DNA of 52,222 bases, the filler included, from Catajapyx aquilonaris (lineage: Eukaryota): assembly GCA_000934665.2 (NCBI GenBank). It is 2 parts of 2 records of this genome, joined end to end, with 100 filler letters (N's around TTAATTAATTAA, not from the genome) between each part and the next. Parts side by side here need not be neighbours in the genome. Positions count along the whole stretch, not along the records: positions 1 to 25,967 come from JYFJ02005278.1; positions 26,068 to 52,222 come from JYFJ02005279.1. One strand, given 5' to 3'. The notes under the pieces were generated by a model. That model was not told where the DNA came from and searched no databases. It saw only the letters and a list, made by a program, of their open reading frames with translations. Made by a program: the position numbers and the translations under genes. This document shows positions 21,701 through 34,245 of this stretch, in pieces (position 1 is the stretch's first letter; every line of letters starts with the position of its first letter).

Positions 21701-23085
21701 TTTTATGCCGAAGACCACTTGAGTCACCATCACTTGAGCAGATTATCTTAGATATTGAGCTATGTCGATTTTATTTGTCATTTTTGCTCTAATAACGGAA
21801 AAGGGAAAACCACAACAAATCACCCGCCTAAATTTCATAGTACTTGTTAGTGCAAATTTCGCCGTTATGCACAGCAATCCGTGCAGTCTGAACACGAACG
21901 AATTCTCCGGTTGATTGCAAAGCAAAGCGGCTGAGATCATGACTTTCTATTTCCATGTAGTGATTCGGGGCAGAAGTGTACCCCGCCTACCCCTCTACCA
22001 CTACAGTCAGAAGAGCCTCGCAGGTGGTCTCCGGAACCAAAAAAAGAGTGTCCGAGAAACCTCAAATCTATGAAAAGGAATCTGTTGATGGTGTGCCCGC
22101 AATTGATATTCAAATCACATCGACTGACTACTAGCTTTCATTGTATGGGCCTGAGAATCTGATTAAGCCGTAATAAATCACACGTGTTGGGGTTAGTCAC
22201 AGATGGAGAGAGTGACGTGCAATGTTGAGCGAATGGCTCAATGGCAAGAGGGGCGTAGCCATGCCTTCGAGAAAGTGTCGGCTGAAGGTCTTTGTCGTAA
22301 AAGTAAAACTGCACCGTACAGTTTCGCTCAGTACGGTAGCATTTTCAGTAACTGAAGAACTCGGGGGAAGAACGCTCAAGGTCCACTTTTTTGTCAAAAT
22401 TGAGTTACATAATATATCTCAGAAGATAGTTTCACTATAGTGTATCTAAAATATGATGGCTTGGTCGTGGTTGTTGAGTAATGATCATAGTCCAATATGG
22501 AAGGCCCCGAAAGTGGGATTTACAATATAACCTTATGGGCCTTCGAATTTTAAAATTGGAATATCTCAGTTTCACATGAGGTGGACCTTGATCGTTCTTC
22601 CCCAGAGGTCGTCATATTATTGTATACGATTGTATAACATACCACATTTTATGACCGAAGAAGAAAATTTCAAAGGTGATCCTAAATGGCAATGCTAATG
22701 GAAACGGGTGATAACAGGCGACGAAGCCGTTAAGATAAAATGATGAGTTGATTGCCATGGTGACTAATCCAAACACACACACGAGCACACGCACAAAAGC
22801 CTATCACCATACAGTGGTATAGCCTCCATCACCATTCTCTTAAATTAGCTGCAAGGCTAAAACTCAAAGGATGGCACTCTTAATTATAAAAATGGTGGAC
22901 ATGACGTGCTCTAATTCAGATTCATTTTGAATCAATTAGTCGCCGTCTTTTACTAGCTTCAAACGTGCTGATTGCTGGAAAATTGGTGGTTATGCAACAT
23001 TCAGGTTATATAGCATGTCAGCTGACCAAACGAAGGTAACAACAGGAAGGGTAACATAATCCGGCACCTTTATTATCAACGAGAA

Positions 23086-23151
<66 letters not shown>
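23086..23151. repeat. (ATT)22 microsatellite
   Basis: Perfect trinucleotide run; explains the poly-Ile ORF at 23076-23264. Confidence 0.97.
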
Positions 23152-23152
<1 letters not shown>

Positions 23153-23559
23153 GTATCTGTATGTGGTCATACGAGGATATTAAGGACCTCATCCTCAATA
23201 TCCGCTGGCAACCCCGTATCTGTTTGGGAAACGCCGTGAAGATGATGATGAAGATGATGAACACGAGCTCATTTTTCAGTACCGAATCGTTTGACTGAAT
23301 ACTTACTGTTAGTCAAAACCTCCAGAAAAGTAGGGACCTATAGGGCGACTGACCCATTCCAAAACGGCCAAAATAATACTCTATACTCTGTAGGCATTTC
23401 AACTCGAGGCGACATACACGTTCTGGTGATGTACTGTACCCTGAGAATGAACTATATTATTGAAGAATATCACTTGAATATATGTTATTCTTATTACGTA
23501 TGATATGCAGAAGATCATGCAAGGTAGGCTATGTTTAAAATTTGTAAACAACCACTTAA

Positions 23560-24108
23560 CCCTTATCTACGTAGTATCATGCTGGGGTCGTTTTTGACCC
23601 TAAGCTGACGAGAATTAATAGTGCCAAGTAATTGATTAATCAAAAGCCAAATGCTTTTGTGTATTCCTCAAACATATCATTGCCTATATGTTATACTTTC
23701 CTTGAAATTGGGGAAAAAAATTCAGGGCCCTCAAAAATGAAGATGGGATGGATCAGTTGTAGAGTATACTGTACAGTACATTAGTATACTGTATACAGTA
23801 CATTAGATGGGCCTATAGGCTACCTATATACTTTGATCAATACTTTTGAAAATATTAATTGCAGATAATTTTATGTAGAGGTTGCTGCTGAGATATCTAT
23901 AATTATACACATTCAAGTATGTTGCACCGTTTTAAAACTTAATTACGTTTTCTATAAGTCTGCTTCATTATTTACACATAAAGATTTATGTGAGCTTATT
24001 TTACATGGCATTCAATATTTAACTCGTCACATGAATTGGAGATTAAATATAATTAAATTAGCACTTGGAGTCGCAAAAGACCTCATGATACTAGTTACAC
24101 GTAATAAG
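23560..24108. mobile_element. Degenerate piggyBac-like MITE
   Basis: Left end TTAA|CCCT followed by AGTATCATGCTGGGGTCGTTTTTGACCC; degenerate inverted copy GAGTCGCAAAAGACCTCATGATACT near 24068-24092; right terminus eroded. Confidence 0.45.
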
Positions 24109-24440
24109 ACACCTCTCAGACGTGATCAAGATTCGTATAATCATTATCTTCAGTATCACCCTCACGGCACCTAGGTGGTGTTTTTCCAGATTAACGACGC
24201 GTTTCGCGACCAAAAAATAATAATTTCCCTTCGAAATGCGCCTACCATGATTTTGCTACTGCGCCCCTTAATTTCCCATAACCTGCTAATAAGACTTATA
24301 TCAGACGTGATCAGGATTCGTAATTATTATCATCAGGATCACACTGACGGCAGAAAATTTACCCGACTGAGTCAGAACTATATTTCGCAAAAAAAAAAAA
24401 TCACCAACTCACCGCTATTACGCAATACTCTATCCAAGAC
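24102..24440. repeat. Diverged two-copy tandem duplication, period about 185 bp
   Basis: TAATAAGAC...TCAGACGTGATCA(A/G)GATTCGTA...ACGGCA starts at both 24102 and 24287. Confidence 0.7.
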
Positions 24441-24874
24441 TATAACAGAAATTATACATGGAACGAATATTAATTCATTACTAAGTAAGTATTGGGGAAC
24501 ATTACATCAAAGGAATAGGAAGGTATAGGGCCTACACTTTCTGCTGTTTGGCTGTGCATAAGTGTCTGACTCCCCTCCCTGCCTAAAAAGTAGATTGGCT
24601 TATCTGTACACATGATTACGTCTCTCCACAGCGCGCTTTTTCGTTGCATAAATAGGATAGGGGCAGGAAATATCGATTCCGACACTGGAGTATTGCATTG
24701 CATGCATGTACTGTACCCCGGAGTGTGGAGGGTTGGGGGCAGTGGGGGGAGGGGCGGGGGTGGTGTTGTAGAAATGTAGGCCGCTTTCTGAGGTGTAAGT
24801 GATGGGGGGCAACTTGTTCGCAACTGAAAGGTTCTCATCTGATCAATGCCCCACCACATGAGTACACTAGCGTA

Positions 24875-25390
24875 TATATGTTAGGCGCAAACCCCGAAAA
24901 CTGCCATTGAGCGAAAAAACCGAGCATTTCGCGAAATGCCCTTTTTCAAATCTCCATTTCGCGAAATTCTCCTTTTAAAAAGACCAGAACGCTCTTCTGG
25001 ACTACACAAAAATGTCAGGACGAGAAATTAGTGACTTGTCTGGTTCAGAAAAAGCCCACAACGCGCTGTGGGAGTTTCTTGTTACCCACTACGCCATGTG
25101 GATAACAATATAGGATGATTTATTTCCAGCATCTACTTGGCGTAGTGGGAAACAAGAAAATGCAACAGCGGGTTGTGGGCTTTTTTCCTGAACCATTCAC
25201 GACACTAATTTCGTATCCTGACATATTTGTGCCGCCCACAAAACCGTTCTGGTCTTTTTAAAATGAGCATTTCGCCATCTGCCCATTTTAAAGCGAGCAT
25301 TTCTCGATCTGCCTGTTTTGAAGAGAGCATTCTACGAAATGCCCGGTTTTTTTCCTTAATGGCCGTTTTCGGGGTTGCGCCTAACATATA
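24875..25390. mobile_element. ~516-bp foldback element (almost fully self-complementary) with internal ~27-bp subrepeats
   Basis: TATATGTTAGGCGCAA...TTGCGCCTAACATATA; inverted similarity continues inward through AAAAAGACCAGAACG, ATGTCAGGA, TGGTTCAG-AAAAAGCCCACAAC and CCCACTACGCCA to a short central loop near 25105-25130. Confidence 0.85.
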
Positions 25391-25967
25391 CACATCAAGG
25401 TGCTGCACATACATCGCAATGGTGTATACCTTATGCCACCATATCGACCAGACCCACTCTAAATTTGACCAAGGGTCACAAAGCAGCAGCCGTCGGCGGC
25501 AGTCAATCACAGTTTTCGTTTTGTAGGTCACATAACGACTGCTAGCCTTGCTTCATACACGAGATGGTATTTGTAGCTTCAATGCGGAGAGTAAGCAATA
25601 ATTGTATCCGTTCGAGTGACAACGATTGTAATAACATCTGTCGCAGATGTCCCAGTGTGTGCCATAATCTGTTCATTGTATCTGTCGCGTGAATCGGCGA
25701 GTAGTGACGTTTTCGAATCAACCTCATATGCTCGAAGAATATGGCGCACTTTATAAGAGGTTTCCAAAATGTGCGATGCCAATTGCAACTGCTGCCTTTG
25801 GAGTGTCATCCACAACCCTCGCCAAAGGTCGTACAGTATAAGCCGGCCTATATCCGCCAAAGGGATTAAATTGTCTATGCCCAGCCCATGGCCCAGCCAG
25901 ATGTGAAATGCCCTTGGAACGTTTTTCCCAACATCTGATATTGCTACTATATGTACTCACGTTTTTC

Positions 25968-26067
25968 NNNNNNNNNNNNNNNNNNNNNNNNNNNNNNNNN
26001 NNNNNNNNNNNTTAATTAATTAANNNNNNNNNNNNNNNNNNNNNNNNNNNNNNNNNNNNNNNNNNNN
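25968..26067. other. Artificial 100-bp assembly gap linker
   Basis: Exactly 44 N + TTAATTAATTAA + 44 N; the 12-mer gives stop codons in all six frames. Confidence 0.97.
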
Positions 26068-27198
26068 CTTCCTACCAAGCATAACAAACATCATTGCGCA
26101 AGTAATTGACTAACTTTCCGGCTCTGTAATGTTGTGATTGCATACCGATGTCTCCGTACATTTCCTATACAGGTGTAAATTTAGACCATGGACATTTCGT
26201 CATCCTTTTGACCCCTTTAAAAGCCATTGGGCGGAACCGGTTTTGAACATATTTACGTTTCAACCACGTCAAAAAAATGGGCTCTCAAAAAAGTGTATGT
26301 ACCAAGTGCAAACTTGCTGGGCGGTCACCCTAATAGTGGGCCAAAATTCCGCAAAGGGTCAAAGGAGCAAGGCTGTTGCGTCGCGTCGGGGGGTGATAGG
26401 TACGGGTAAAAAAAAGTCGAAAAAACTCGTCGAGTCCATCCCTAAGGCAAATGCCCAGGTCACAGCGCATATGGGCCACTGGGACACGCGCAGACGGAAG
26501 AAGCAACTGAGAAAGAGAAGATGGTTGAGAGGAGGGGGAGCGGGGGGTCAACATCCAAGCAGCAGAAGGCTCCATCTTCAGGAGGAATGACCCAAACCTT
26601 TTCCCTGTACCTTCGGAGCCGATTGATTCGTTTCGTGTCTTATACGAGTTTCTTGGGCGCGGTCGGAATGTGCTCATCCGGAGGAATGTGGTTGCTTATT
26701 AATCGGTAGTGTCTGAAGAAGACACCTGCTGGAGGCTGCTTGGAAAGTGGGATGGTGTCGTCTTTTTGACACGGTGCGGTTTTCTTTTGAGGTGATGAGT
26801 GCTTGGATGTGTTTGTGGAAATATGATTTGTGGAGTGTTCCGTTATGCAGTGTGTTCCAATCGTAGTGTTCGTTTCGGTTTATATAGGTTTAGCACACTA
26901 TATGCTGCTCATTATGAAGAAGTTACTTTCCATCAGGAGATATTATACACTATACTGTACAGTGTCTTTCAGTTATTAATGATATCGGCGGCACATACTG
27001 AACTGAGAAGATATGTATATAATTAGATAATAATTTTTTTGAACTATCCGTATATTTGTTATGGATTCTTAGGTGCTAAGCTATTCTGGAACACGTACTT
27101 TTATTTTAAATATTTCCTTTTAATTTTAGGTTGAATGGATGCCCGAGGGCATATGATGCGTAAAATGGGTTCAGCTATTGACCTGCAGTGGGAAAGGG
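26068..27198 (+). mobile_element. Probable decayed piggyBac element (3' terminus and transposase traces)
   Basis: Ends GGGAAAGGG|TTAA at 27198. Broken peptides EPIDSFRVLYEFL...NR* (about 26615-26710) and SVPLCSVFQS*C (about 26830-26870) are reminiscent of the piggyBac PIDFF...TNRY and Cys-rich C-terminal motifs. The 5' end probably lies in the gap. Confidence 0.4.
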
Positions 27199-28189
27199 TT
27201 AAAGTGGGTCATTATGGTGGGAAATTCATTGCAATTCGTGGCTTGAATGATTGCTTCCTAAACCTATTACTAGGAGCTGTTACTTTGTATGGTTCTAAAA
27301 TGTAACTGTTGAAAAGTGAGCTTAGTGAAAAAGTAGCTAACGGAAACGGATGCTTATACTGGAACAAATTGCACCTTTTACAAGTAGATGTTTCAACAGA
27401 GTAGATTTTAATAATATATTTCTGCCAATTTTAGGCAAGCTGTATGATGATGAAATTTTATTGATACATCAACCCATCATTAGGTTATTTATGTATAAAT
27501 TAATACACGTTCGTATAATGACAGCATGTGAATAAAGTAATCAGAGGTGAGACCCTTTGCATCTTTATACTGGACTGTTACACTGAGAGCAAGATTGAGA
27601 GGATGTGGGGCTGAAAGGGGGATTAATAATATCAAAACAGCCATTGCACAGTTCATGGCAGCTACGCATCCTTGTATTGTGACGTAAAAGTTGCTAGAAA
27701 AACATGAGATTTTAGTGCGACGGCATTTCAAGGCAAACCGGCAAATTCTGCGTCACTTGCGCACCTTTGCCAGTTTTCATTCAATTTGTGTTGAGGAACA
27801 CATAATTATCCACATCATACTACAGTATTACTGGCAGACAGTAGTTCAATTCGCCTTATTTTGCATACGCATATACTGAACAATACAAACTGGAAAAACC
27901 CATCGTTCAAAGCCATGAATGTGCACGAATTATGTGTGCATCGAGTCTGATATTATATACTATTGTTCAAACACAATCATTACCTAAGGAGTTACTCTGA
28001 AAGGGTTGAAAAATCCAATGACGACCACTTCATATGTGCTGGGGAAATTCCCGTTGCTGACAGTATTCGAAGGTCATCCACTCTGTTCAGAAAGATGCAA
28101 CCGTCATTCAATAACAACATGTGGTTGAATCAAAGGATATGATATTAATAACCACTGATATTCAACGAATTCATTGTGGTGCAACAATC

Positions 28190-28238
28190 ATGATGATGAT
28201 GATGATGATGATGGCGGTGGTAGTGGTGATGGTGATGG
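28190..28238. repeat. (GAT)n/(GGT)n low-complexity tract
   Basis: ATGATGATG...GTGGTGATGGTGATGGT; explains the poly-Met and poly-His ORFs. Confidence 0.85.
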
Positions 28239-29272
28239 TAAATGCCTGTAAAATTGCAAGCAGCTCCTGGAAAGGGGGGAAATGGGTGATCATCATGAGC
28301 TACTGTAGGTATTTTTCCTGTTGTATTCTTATATGGACTCGTATATTCGTGACTGACGTGGAAGTGTATCGTATTCAAGGTTTCATCCATATTTATAATC
28401 TCATTTTTGTAAATTCATTTGCCTCGTGTTTCACACCCAGTGAGTGCTGGGTGGACCGTTGTAAAATAAAATAATCACTTAATTTCTCAGAAACAAGTCT
28501 TTTAATGTGCATGACAGGAACAGCAGAAATATTTTCTCTGATTTAACTCATTATTGATACTTGCGTCATCAATACCCAACGTTACACGAACATTTCATAA
28601 CAGACATCGCTTTTTCGCTAAAAATATAATTCGACACATGCGATATTCAGATAATGCCGGATGTTCCAAACATGACAATATCAGGTCTCATCAACAAAGC
28701 GATTGACGTCAACATGAAAACACCACTTGTCACATCCACAAGTTCAAAAATACATACCGCATCTTTCACAGAGCATGAAATTTAACAATTAGTCACGCAT
28801 TAATTACGCCAAAACACGCACAATATATTTATGCTCCGGGAAAATACTAGTACTTTGTTGACGTCGTCCGCAATTAATGCGTGTTCACTTAATCACGTAA
28901 CCTTTTCTTGAAGGTGGATTACGAAAGACTGCAATCCACCACTGACTTTCGGGAATCCCTGCGTGAGTTAACCTTCCGGCTTCTGAGCAGATGGCGCTGT
29001 GCTGGAGCCTTGTTCTCGCCTCATTGGCCTCTGAGCCTTGTTAGTGAGGCGCGCACAGACAAGTGGAACACACTTGCACTTTTTTCCCGCTCTCGTCAAG
29101 GTGAAGAGTGTGGTGTTTTTTTTTTTTTTACAGTCATGTATGTTGGTTGTGATTGTGGTTGGGTGTGTGTTAGACAATGATGGGAATGTGGTGGAAGCCT
29201 GGGAATATTGAATGGTGATTAATATCGAGGGTGGTCTCCTACATTGTTTCAGTGCGACCAGGTAGTGGCGCC

Positions 29273-29339
29273 ATGAACAATTCTACGAAGTTGGATTACC
29301 TACAGAGGACGTATAGGTACTACTTCCAGGATGGAGCAG
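29273..29339 (+). CDS. ELOVL: Gene B coding exon 1 (MNNSTKLDYLQRTYRYYFQDGA/D)
   Basis: GCGCCATG start, acceptor TTTCAG ending 29252, phase-1 donor G|GTAAAC. Confidence 0.88.
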
Positions 29340-32300
29340 GTAAACTATTTTTTTTTCTTACTTTGAATAAATTGTGATTGTTAACTTACAACAATATCAC
29401 ACCCTGATAGTCAAGTGTACAATATTTAAAAAATATTAACTGCTATCCCACACTTGATGCACAATATTATATGACATTGAGACCTGTCATAGTCATAAAA
29501 AATGAACTGATTGTTCTATAACGGTAGCGGAACTGATTTTGTTGAAAATTGATTTTGACATTTCGATGACAATGTCAATAATTGACATTCTCAGACCCTT
29601 TTCCATCAGAACCCTTCAATTACAATAGTACACCTGGTTGTCGATATATATCGCGCTAGAAGTGAACATCCTATTGGAATTGAGGAGCGAAAAAGCATTT
29701 GGAGGGTCACCGCTACGAAACGGAATTTATCGCGGTTCAGCGATTTGAATGTTTCTCGTATTATTTTTTAAAAGCAAGTGTACTGTACATCTTGGATCAC
29801 TCGTTATCCGTTAGTTGTGGAATAAGTTACTGTAACAACTTCGGAGGAATCTTCCTTCCTCTGACAGCAAAACCTCATTTTCACTGATGAAAACGGAGGA
29901 ATGCTGGAGATATATGAGATTATTTCTCTGGGTTTTCACATGATGCTATCGTTTTGGTGTAGGATCCGCTTCCTACTGCAATTATGCACAACCTTTAGTC
30001 GGGCTTGGCGCCTATTGAAGAACAATGACGTCATAAGATAGGCTCGTTTTAAAAATGAATTGAAATTTATCTCACCTTCATGCGCTTACATTCCCACGTT
30101 GATGGCAAAACATGTGGAATATTAACTATGTTATTGATGAGACCACTATTGTCATAGTGTATCCTTCGAGATGCAGAGGAGTGTTTCCGGGTTTAGGCGT
30201 TTTCCTTGGCGAATCTTGTCACATAAAAGTCGGCAGCTTAGAGATCACGAGTATGATGGAATCACCAATCACGGAAGTTATTGCCACGGTCGAATTGCCG
30301 GCTTGAGGTAGGTTGGAACCATAACGCGATTCAAGCGTACAAGTAGGACAACATTCCTAATAAATTAGAATTTCGTGCAGTTTACTCAGGATTTTTCGTT
30401 CGTAGGACTAAGTGCTGGCCACGCGATGTTGGTTATTTTTTAAAAAATGTAACATATTAAACTGTTTCAGATCCCCGGGTGGAAAACTGGCCACTCATGG
30501 ACGGCCCTGGTAACACCATCCTCATTGTGGTGGCTTACATCTACTTCGTCAAGTCTCTGGGACCCAGGTTGATGAAAGAGCGAAAGCCCTTCAACCTCAA
30601 GAATGTCCTGATAGTCTACAATGCCATACAGGCCATTTCTAGTTTCTGGTTATTCACTGAGGTAAAAACTACAATCTGAAAACTATAATCTTTGAATTAT
30701 TTTGAGTGATTCTCAATCTTTCTCCTCGTAAATAAAATCCGATATTTTAAACTGATTCAATGGCTATGTTATGCGAATTTGGCCAAAATATTTATTCACC
30801 ATTGGAGAAATATCTTGAACCAATATTTCAGGAGTAAATTGAGAGAAAAGGCAGTTGATATTTCAAATGATGTAAAAGTATACTCAAACTAATTTACTGA
30901 GAATAAATATTTCGTACCGGTACTCTAGTAATAATAGACTTCTTTTCCATTTCAGTGCATCCGAGCAGGATGGTTTTGGGAGTACAGTTTTCGCTGCCAG
31001 CCAATTGACCGATCATACAACCCACGTGCTTTGCGAGTAAGTTGCACTTGACACAAATTTCACTCACATATGATTCACTAATTCGCACAACTCTCTCTTT
31101 ATTTCTCTCTCTCCTCATCTAGACAGCAAGCGGATGCTGGTGGTTCTTAATCACCAAATTCATGGACCTGTTAGACACTGTTAGTACTCAGTAGTTAATG
31201 ACTATACTTATTAGTGATTACGAGTGGATCTCATTATCTCTTGATTTTTTCTAAGGTGTTCTTCGTCCTGCGCAAGAGATTCGAGCACATCAGTCTTCTG
31301 CATGTCTTCCACCACGCCGTCATGCCGTTTGGTATATGGTATGGCGTCAAGTTTGTGCCAGGTAACTGCCGTCAAGGAGAGGGTGGGGTGGAGGGCAAAG
31401 GCCCGTCACCCAAAACCACAAGTTTTCTACTTTTTGCCCTGACATCATTTCCCATTTTTTCGGTCTTTTCACATGGCAGGTGGTCACGGCACTTTCTGCG
31501 GATTGCTCAACACGTTCATTCATGCTGTGATGTACACCTACTACCTCCTGGCCGCCCTGGGTCCGGAATACAAAAAGTACTTGTGGTGGAAGAAGTACCT
31601 CACTATCATGCAAATGGTAAAGATTAGCCGACCGTGTCGATATAGCGTGCAATGACTATAACGATAATGGCAATGAAAAAATTGTAATATTTGCAGGCGC
31701 AGTTCCTGATGGGTACGATCCATGCAGGACAGCTGTTCTTCATTGATTGCGACTTTCCAAAGTTCTATGCCTGGTGGAGCCTGGTGTTAGGACCAGTTTT
31801 CTTCAGCCTCTTCTATGACTTCTACATCAAGGAGTACATGATGAAAAAAGTCAAGGTAACATAACCATGGCCAGAAGCCCTCTCTCATGGGTTTTTCTTA
31901 TACCAAGGATAGTGTCAAAGGTGGTTCAACCCTACGAAGGCTTACTTGGAATTACGTTTTTTATATACACATCTCAATGTAATGACGTCTGTTTCCACTG
32001 GGGTCAAGCAGACTCATTTTGCAAGTTGTTGACATTGAAAAGATTCGGGAGAGGCCGAAGGTTCCGTCGGCAACTAGCTTTAAACCAAGCCATGGCAAGG
32101 ACCTCAAGGTTGCTGGGTGAAACCCGTCTGCAAAAAAATAAGTTTTTTATTCTTTTATTTTACGGTCTTGCCATTTATTTAAACTCTTGGTAAATGTCGT
32201 GGGGGTCAGGCATTCAGCGTGGTCACGTAGCGTGGCATCGATAACATCATACGTATGAGAACTCGGTCATCAAGATGTTTTCGCGGGTATTTCGTCGTTT

Positions 32301-34245
32301 TATAAAAGAATTTCTCACAGCCCATCCCAAAAGTCTTTTTGACGTGCACTTTCCCTCAGGAGAGCGGAGACCGTGGAACTCGTCGTATTCTCTCTCTCCT
32401 TGATATGTGTGTGTGTGTAGCATTATACCTATCCCCTTTGCTGACCAAGCTACGAAAATGAAAGCACACTTCTCTGCAAGTTTTGACACAATCACAAGCA
32501 CGTGTTTATAATGAAGTGAGAAAGTAAATGAGCGGCCTTGATTGCTTCACAATAGAATTTTGCCTATGGCAGATGAACATTCTGCTTCTGGGAAAGTAGG
32601 CTTACACATTTTGAGCAGAAAGCAGAAAAAATAGCTAACTGGCTTTGCTCGGCTGCATTTTTGGTGTAACATGTTACGATTGTTGAGGTTGAGGCAAAGT
32701 TGAAACAGCCGAAAGTAAAATTAGCACATTTATATTCGCAACTACAGTATAATATACGTATAATCAAGAGCTAATGGTATAATATACCACTTCATCTCCC
32801 TTACGAAGAAGCATTTTCTAGTGTCAGGTGTCTTTTCCAGTACAAATTATAATGTGCTGACTGTCATGTAGGCATAGAATGGAAATGGTCTTTCATCAGA
32901 TATACGGTACATACGCATTAACGACTTATATAGTGAACATAAGCCTGATACAGTAGGATACAGGACGGTATGCTGTATGGTTTGTAAAATCCGCAACATT
33001 TTGCTCGAGACTCTACAGTATTTCATTGACTTTTGTCCTTGTGAAGGAACGTTGTGACCAGAAAAAAATGTCGTTTTCAGGAGTACAGGTAGTCCCCGGT
33101 CTACTAACGGGGTTACGTTCTTGAAAATGTCCATAAGTCGGATTTGTACATAATGTGGATTCCTGAGAAACAGCTCATATAATTTATACAGAGCAAAGAT
33201 TCTGCTTCAACTAACCACTAATGTCATGTGTGTTTGATTACATGCGCGAAGAACGTAGTTTCCGAATTATTTATTAATTATACAATACGTATTTATGTTA
33301 AACTTGTGTCGGTCAACATACATAGAAGTGATTAAAACAAGCGGAATAATATTATACATTTTCCTTCCCTTGAGCCTTGGGATTGCCTACGGATTGCTAT
33401 AAGTCGGGTAGTTCGTAAACCGGGGACTACCTGTATACTGTATAGGCCACCTTTTTTGTTCCCTGAAATATAATGTCCACCTCACATATTTCATAAATGA
33501 TTAATTAAAATATCTGCACTGCAAGTCTAATGGCGGATGTTTCAAAAATTAAAATAGAGTATTGTTGTAATAATTGTTGGTTACGACCTTTTCTGCACGT
33601 GTGTTGAATAATTGCGAAACTGTTTCCCTGCACTCCTGCACAGCATTGGTTTTTACAGCCGGACAATCATGCAAATGTGCACTCTAATAAATTTATATAC
33701 TAGTCAACACTACCCACATGTTGCAATAAATTTTTTATGCTTTGTATTGTAGCTCTATGATATTATAGTCCTCCAAACGAAATCTAGTCATTTCTTACGA
33801 CATGTATTCTGAAAAACAGGTTACTTCCACGACAATTAGTCAATATGGTACTAAAAAAGGCAACTTTTTTGCACTCTGATTACACAAATTTGAATGTGAC
33901 CTGAGAGTTAATTTTGCAATATTTTTTGCACATATAAATTGGCAGATTTTAAGTTCGACAATTTCTTCAAGGATGAGAACATAAAACGCATTACATCAAG
34001 CCAGTTAAACCTGTCTGGGCAGAATCAGGCACATATTGCACCCGGATGTAATTTAAAATATGTCTTATAGCTTATTGTTGTCTGACACTAGACGCACAAA
34101 ACTCATACAATGTTCTCATTGTTTTCAGAGGGCGAGTGACAACAAAGCAAAATCTCTGTCCAACGGCAGTGCAAACGGAGTGGGCAACGGATCAGTTCGG
34201 AGAAGACCAGTGGAATCCAAGCCTTCGAGCGAGATCGCATCATGA
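29273..34245 (+). CDS. ELOVL: Gene B: fatty acid elongase, ELOVL1/7-like, 304 aa
   Basis: Exons 29273-29339, 30471-30661, 30956-31036, 31123-31179, 31256-31361, 31480-31616, 31697-31855, 34129-34245 give 915 nt, all GT-AG. Motifs: TKFMDLLDT, LHVFHH, NTFIHAVMYTYY, KYLWWKKYLTIMQ. Confidence 0.95.
30471..30661 (+). CDS. ELOVL: Gene B exon 2, 191 nt
   Basis: DPRVENWPLMDGPG...SFWLFTE; AG/GT flanks. Confidence 0.95.
30956..31036 (+). CDS. ELOVL: Gene B exon 3 (CIRAGWFWEYSFRCQPIDRSYNPRALR), 81 nt
   Basis: AG/GT flanks; single copy between short introns. Confidence 0.95.
31123..31179 (+). CDS. ELOVL: Gene B exon 4 (TASGCWWFLITKFMDLLDT), 57 nt
   Basis: AG/GT flanks. Confidence 0.93.
31256..31361 (+). 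CDS. ELOVL: Gene B exon 5, 106 nt (LHVFHH)
   Basis: AG/GT flanks; HxxHH box. Confidence 0.95.
31480..31616 (+). CDS. ELOVL: Gene B exon 6, 137 nt
   Basis: GHGTFCGLLNTFIHAVMYTYY...KYLWWKKYLTIMQM; AG/GT flanks. Confidence 0.95.
31697..31855 (+). CDS. ELOVL: Gene B exon 7, 159 nt
   Basis: AQFLMGTIHAGQLFFIDCDFPK...FYIKEYMMKKVK; AG/GT flanks. Confidence 0.95.
33086..33433. mobile_element. 348-bp Tigger/pogo-like MITE in the last intron of gene B
   Basis: TA|CAGGTAGTCCCCGGTCTAC...GTAAACCGGGGACTACCTG|TA, with an internal repeated ATAAGTCGG motif. Confidence 0.88.
34129..34245 (+). CDS. ELOVL: Gene B terminal exon (RASDNKAKSLSNGSANGVGNGSVRRRPVESKPSSEIAS*)
   Basis: TTTTCAG acceptor, phase 0, NG-rich like the tail of gene A. 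Confidence 0.85.
   Translation, partial: RASDNKAKSLSNGSANGVGNGSVRRRPVESKPSSEIAS

Noticed and set aside
26012..26023. TTAATTAATTAA as a piggyBac target array
   Set aside because: It is centred exactly in an N-run totalling 100 bp, so it is a synthetic linker.
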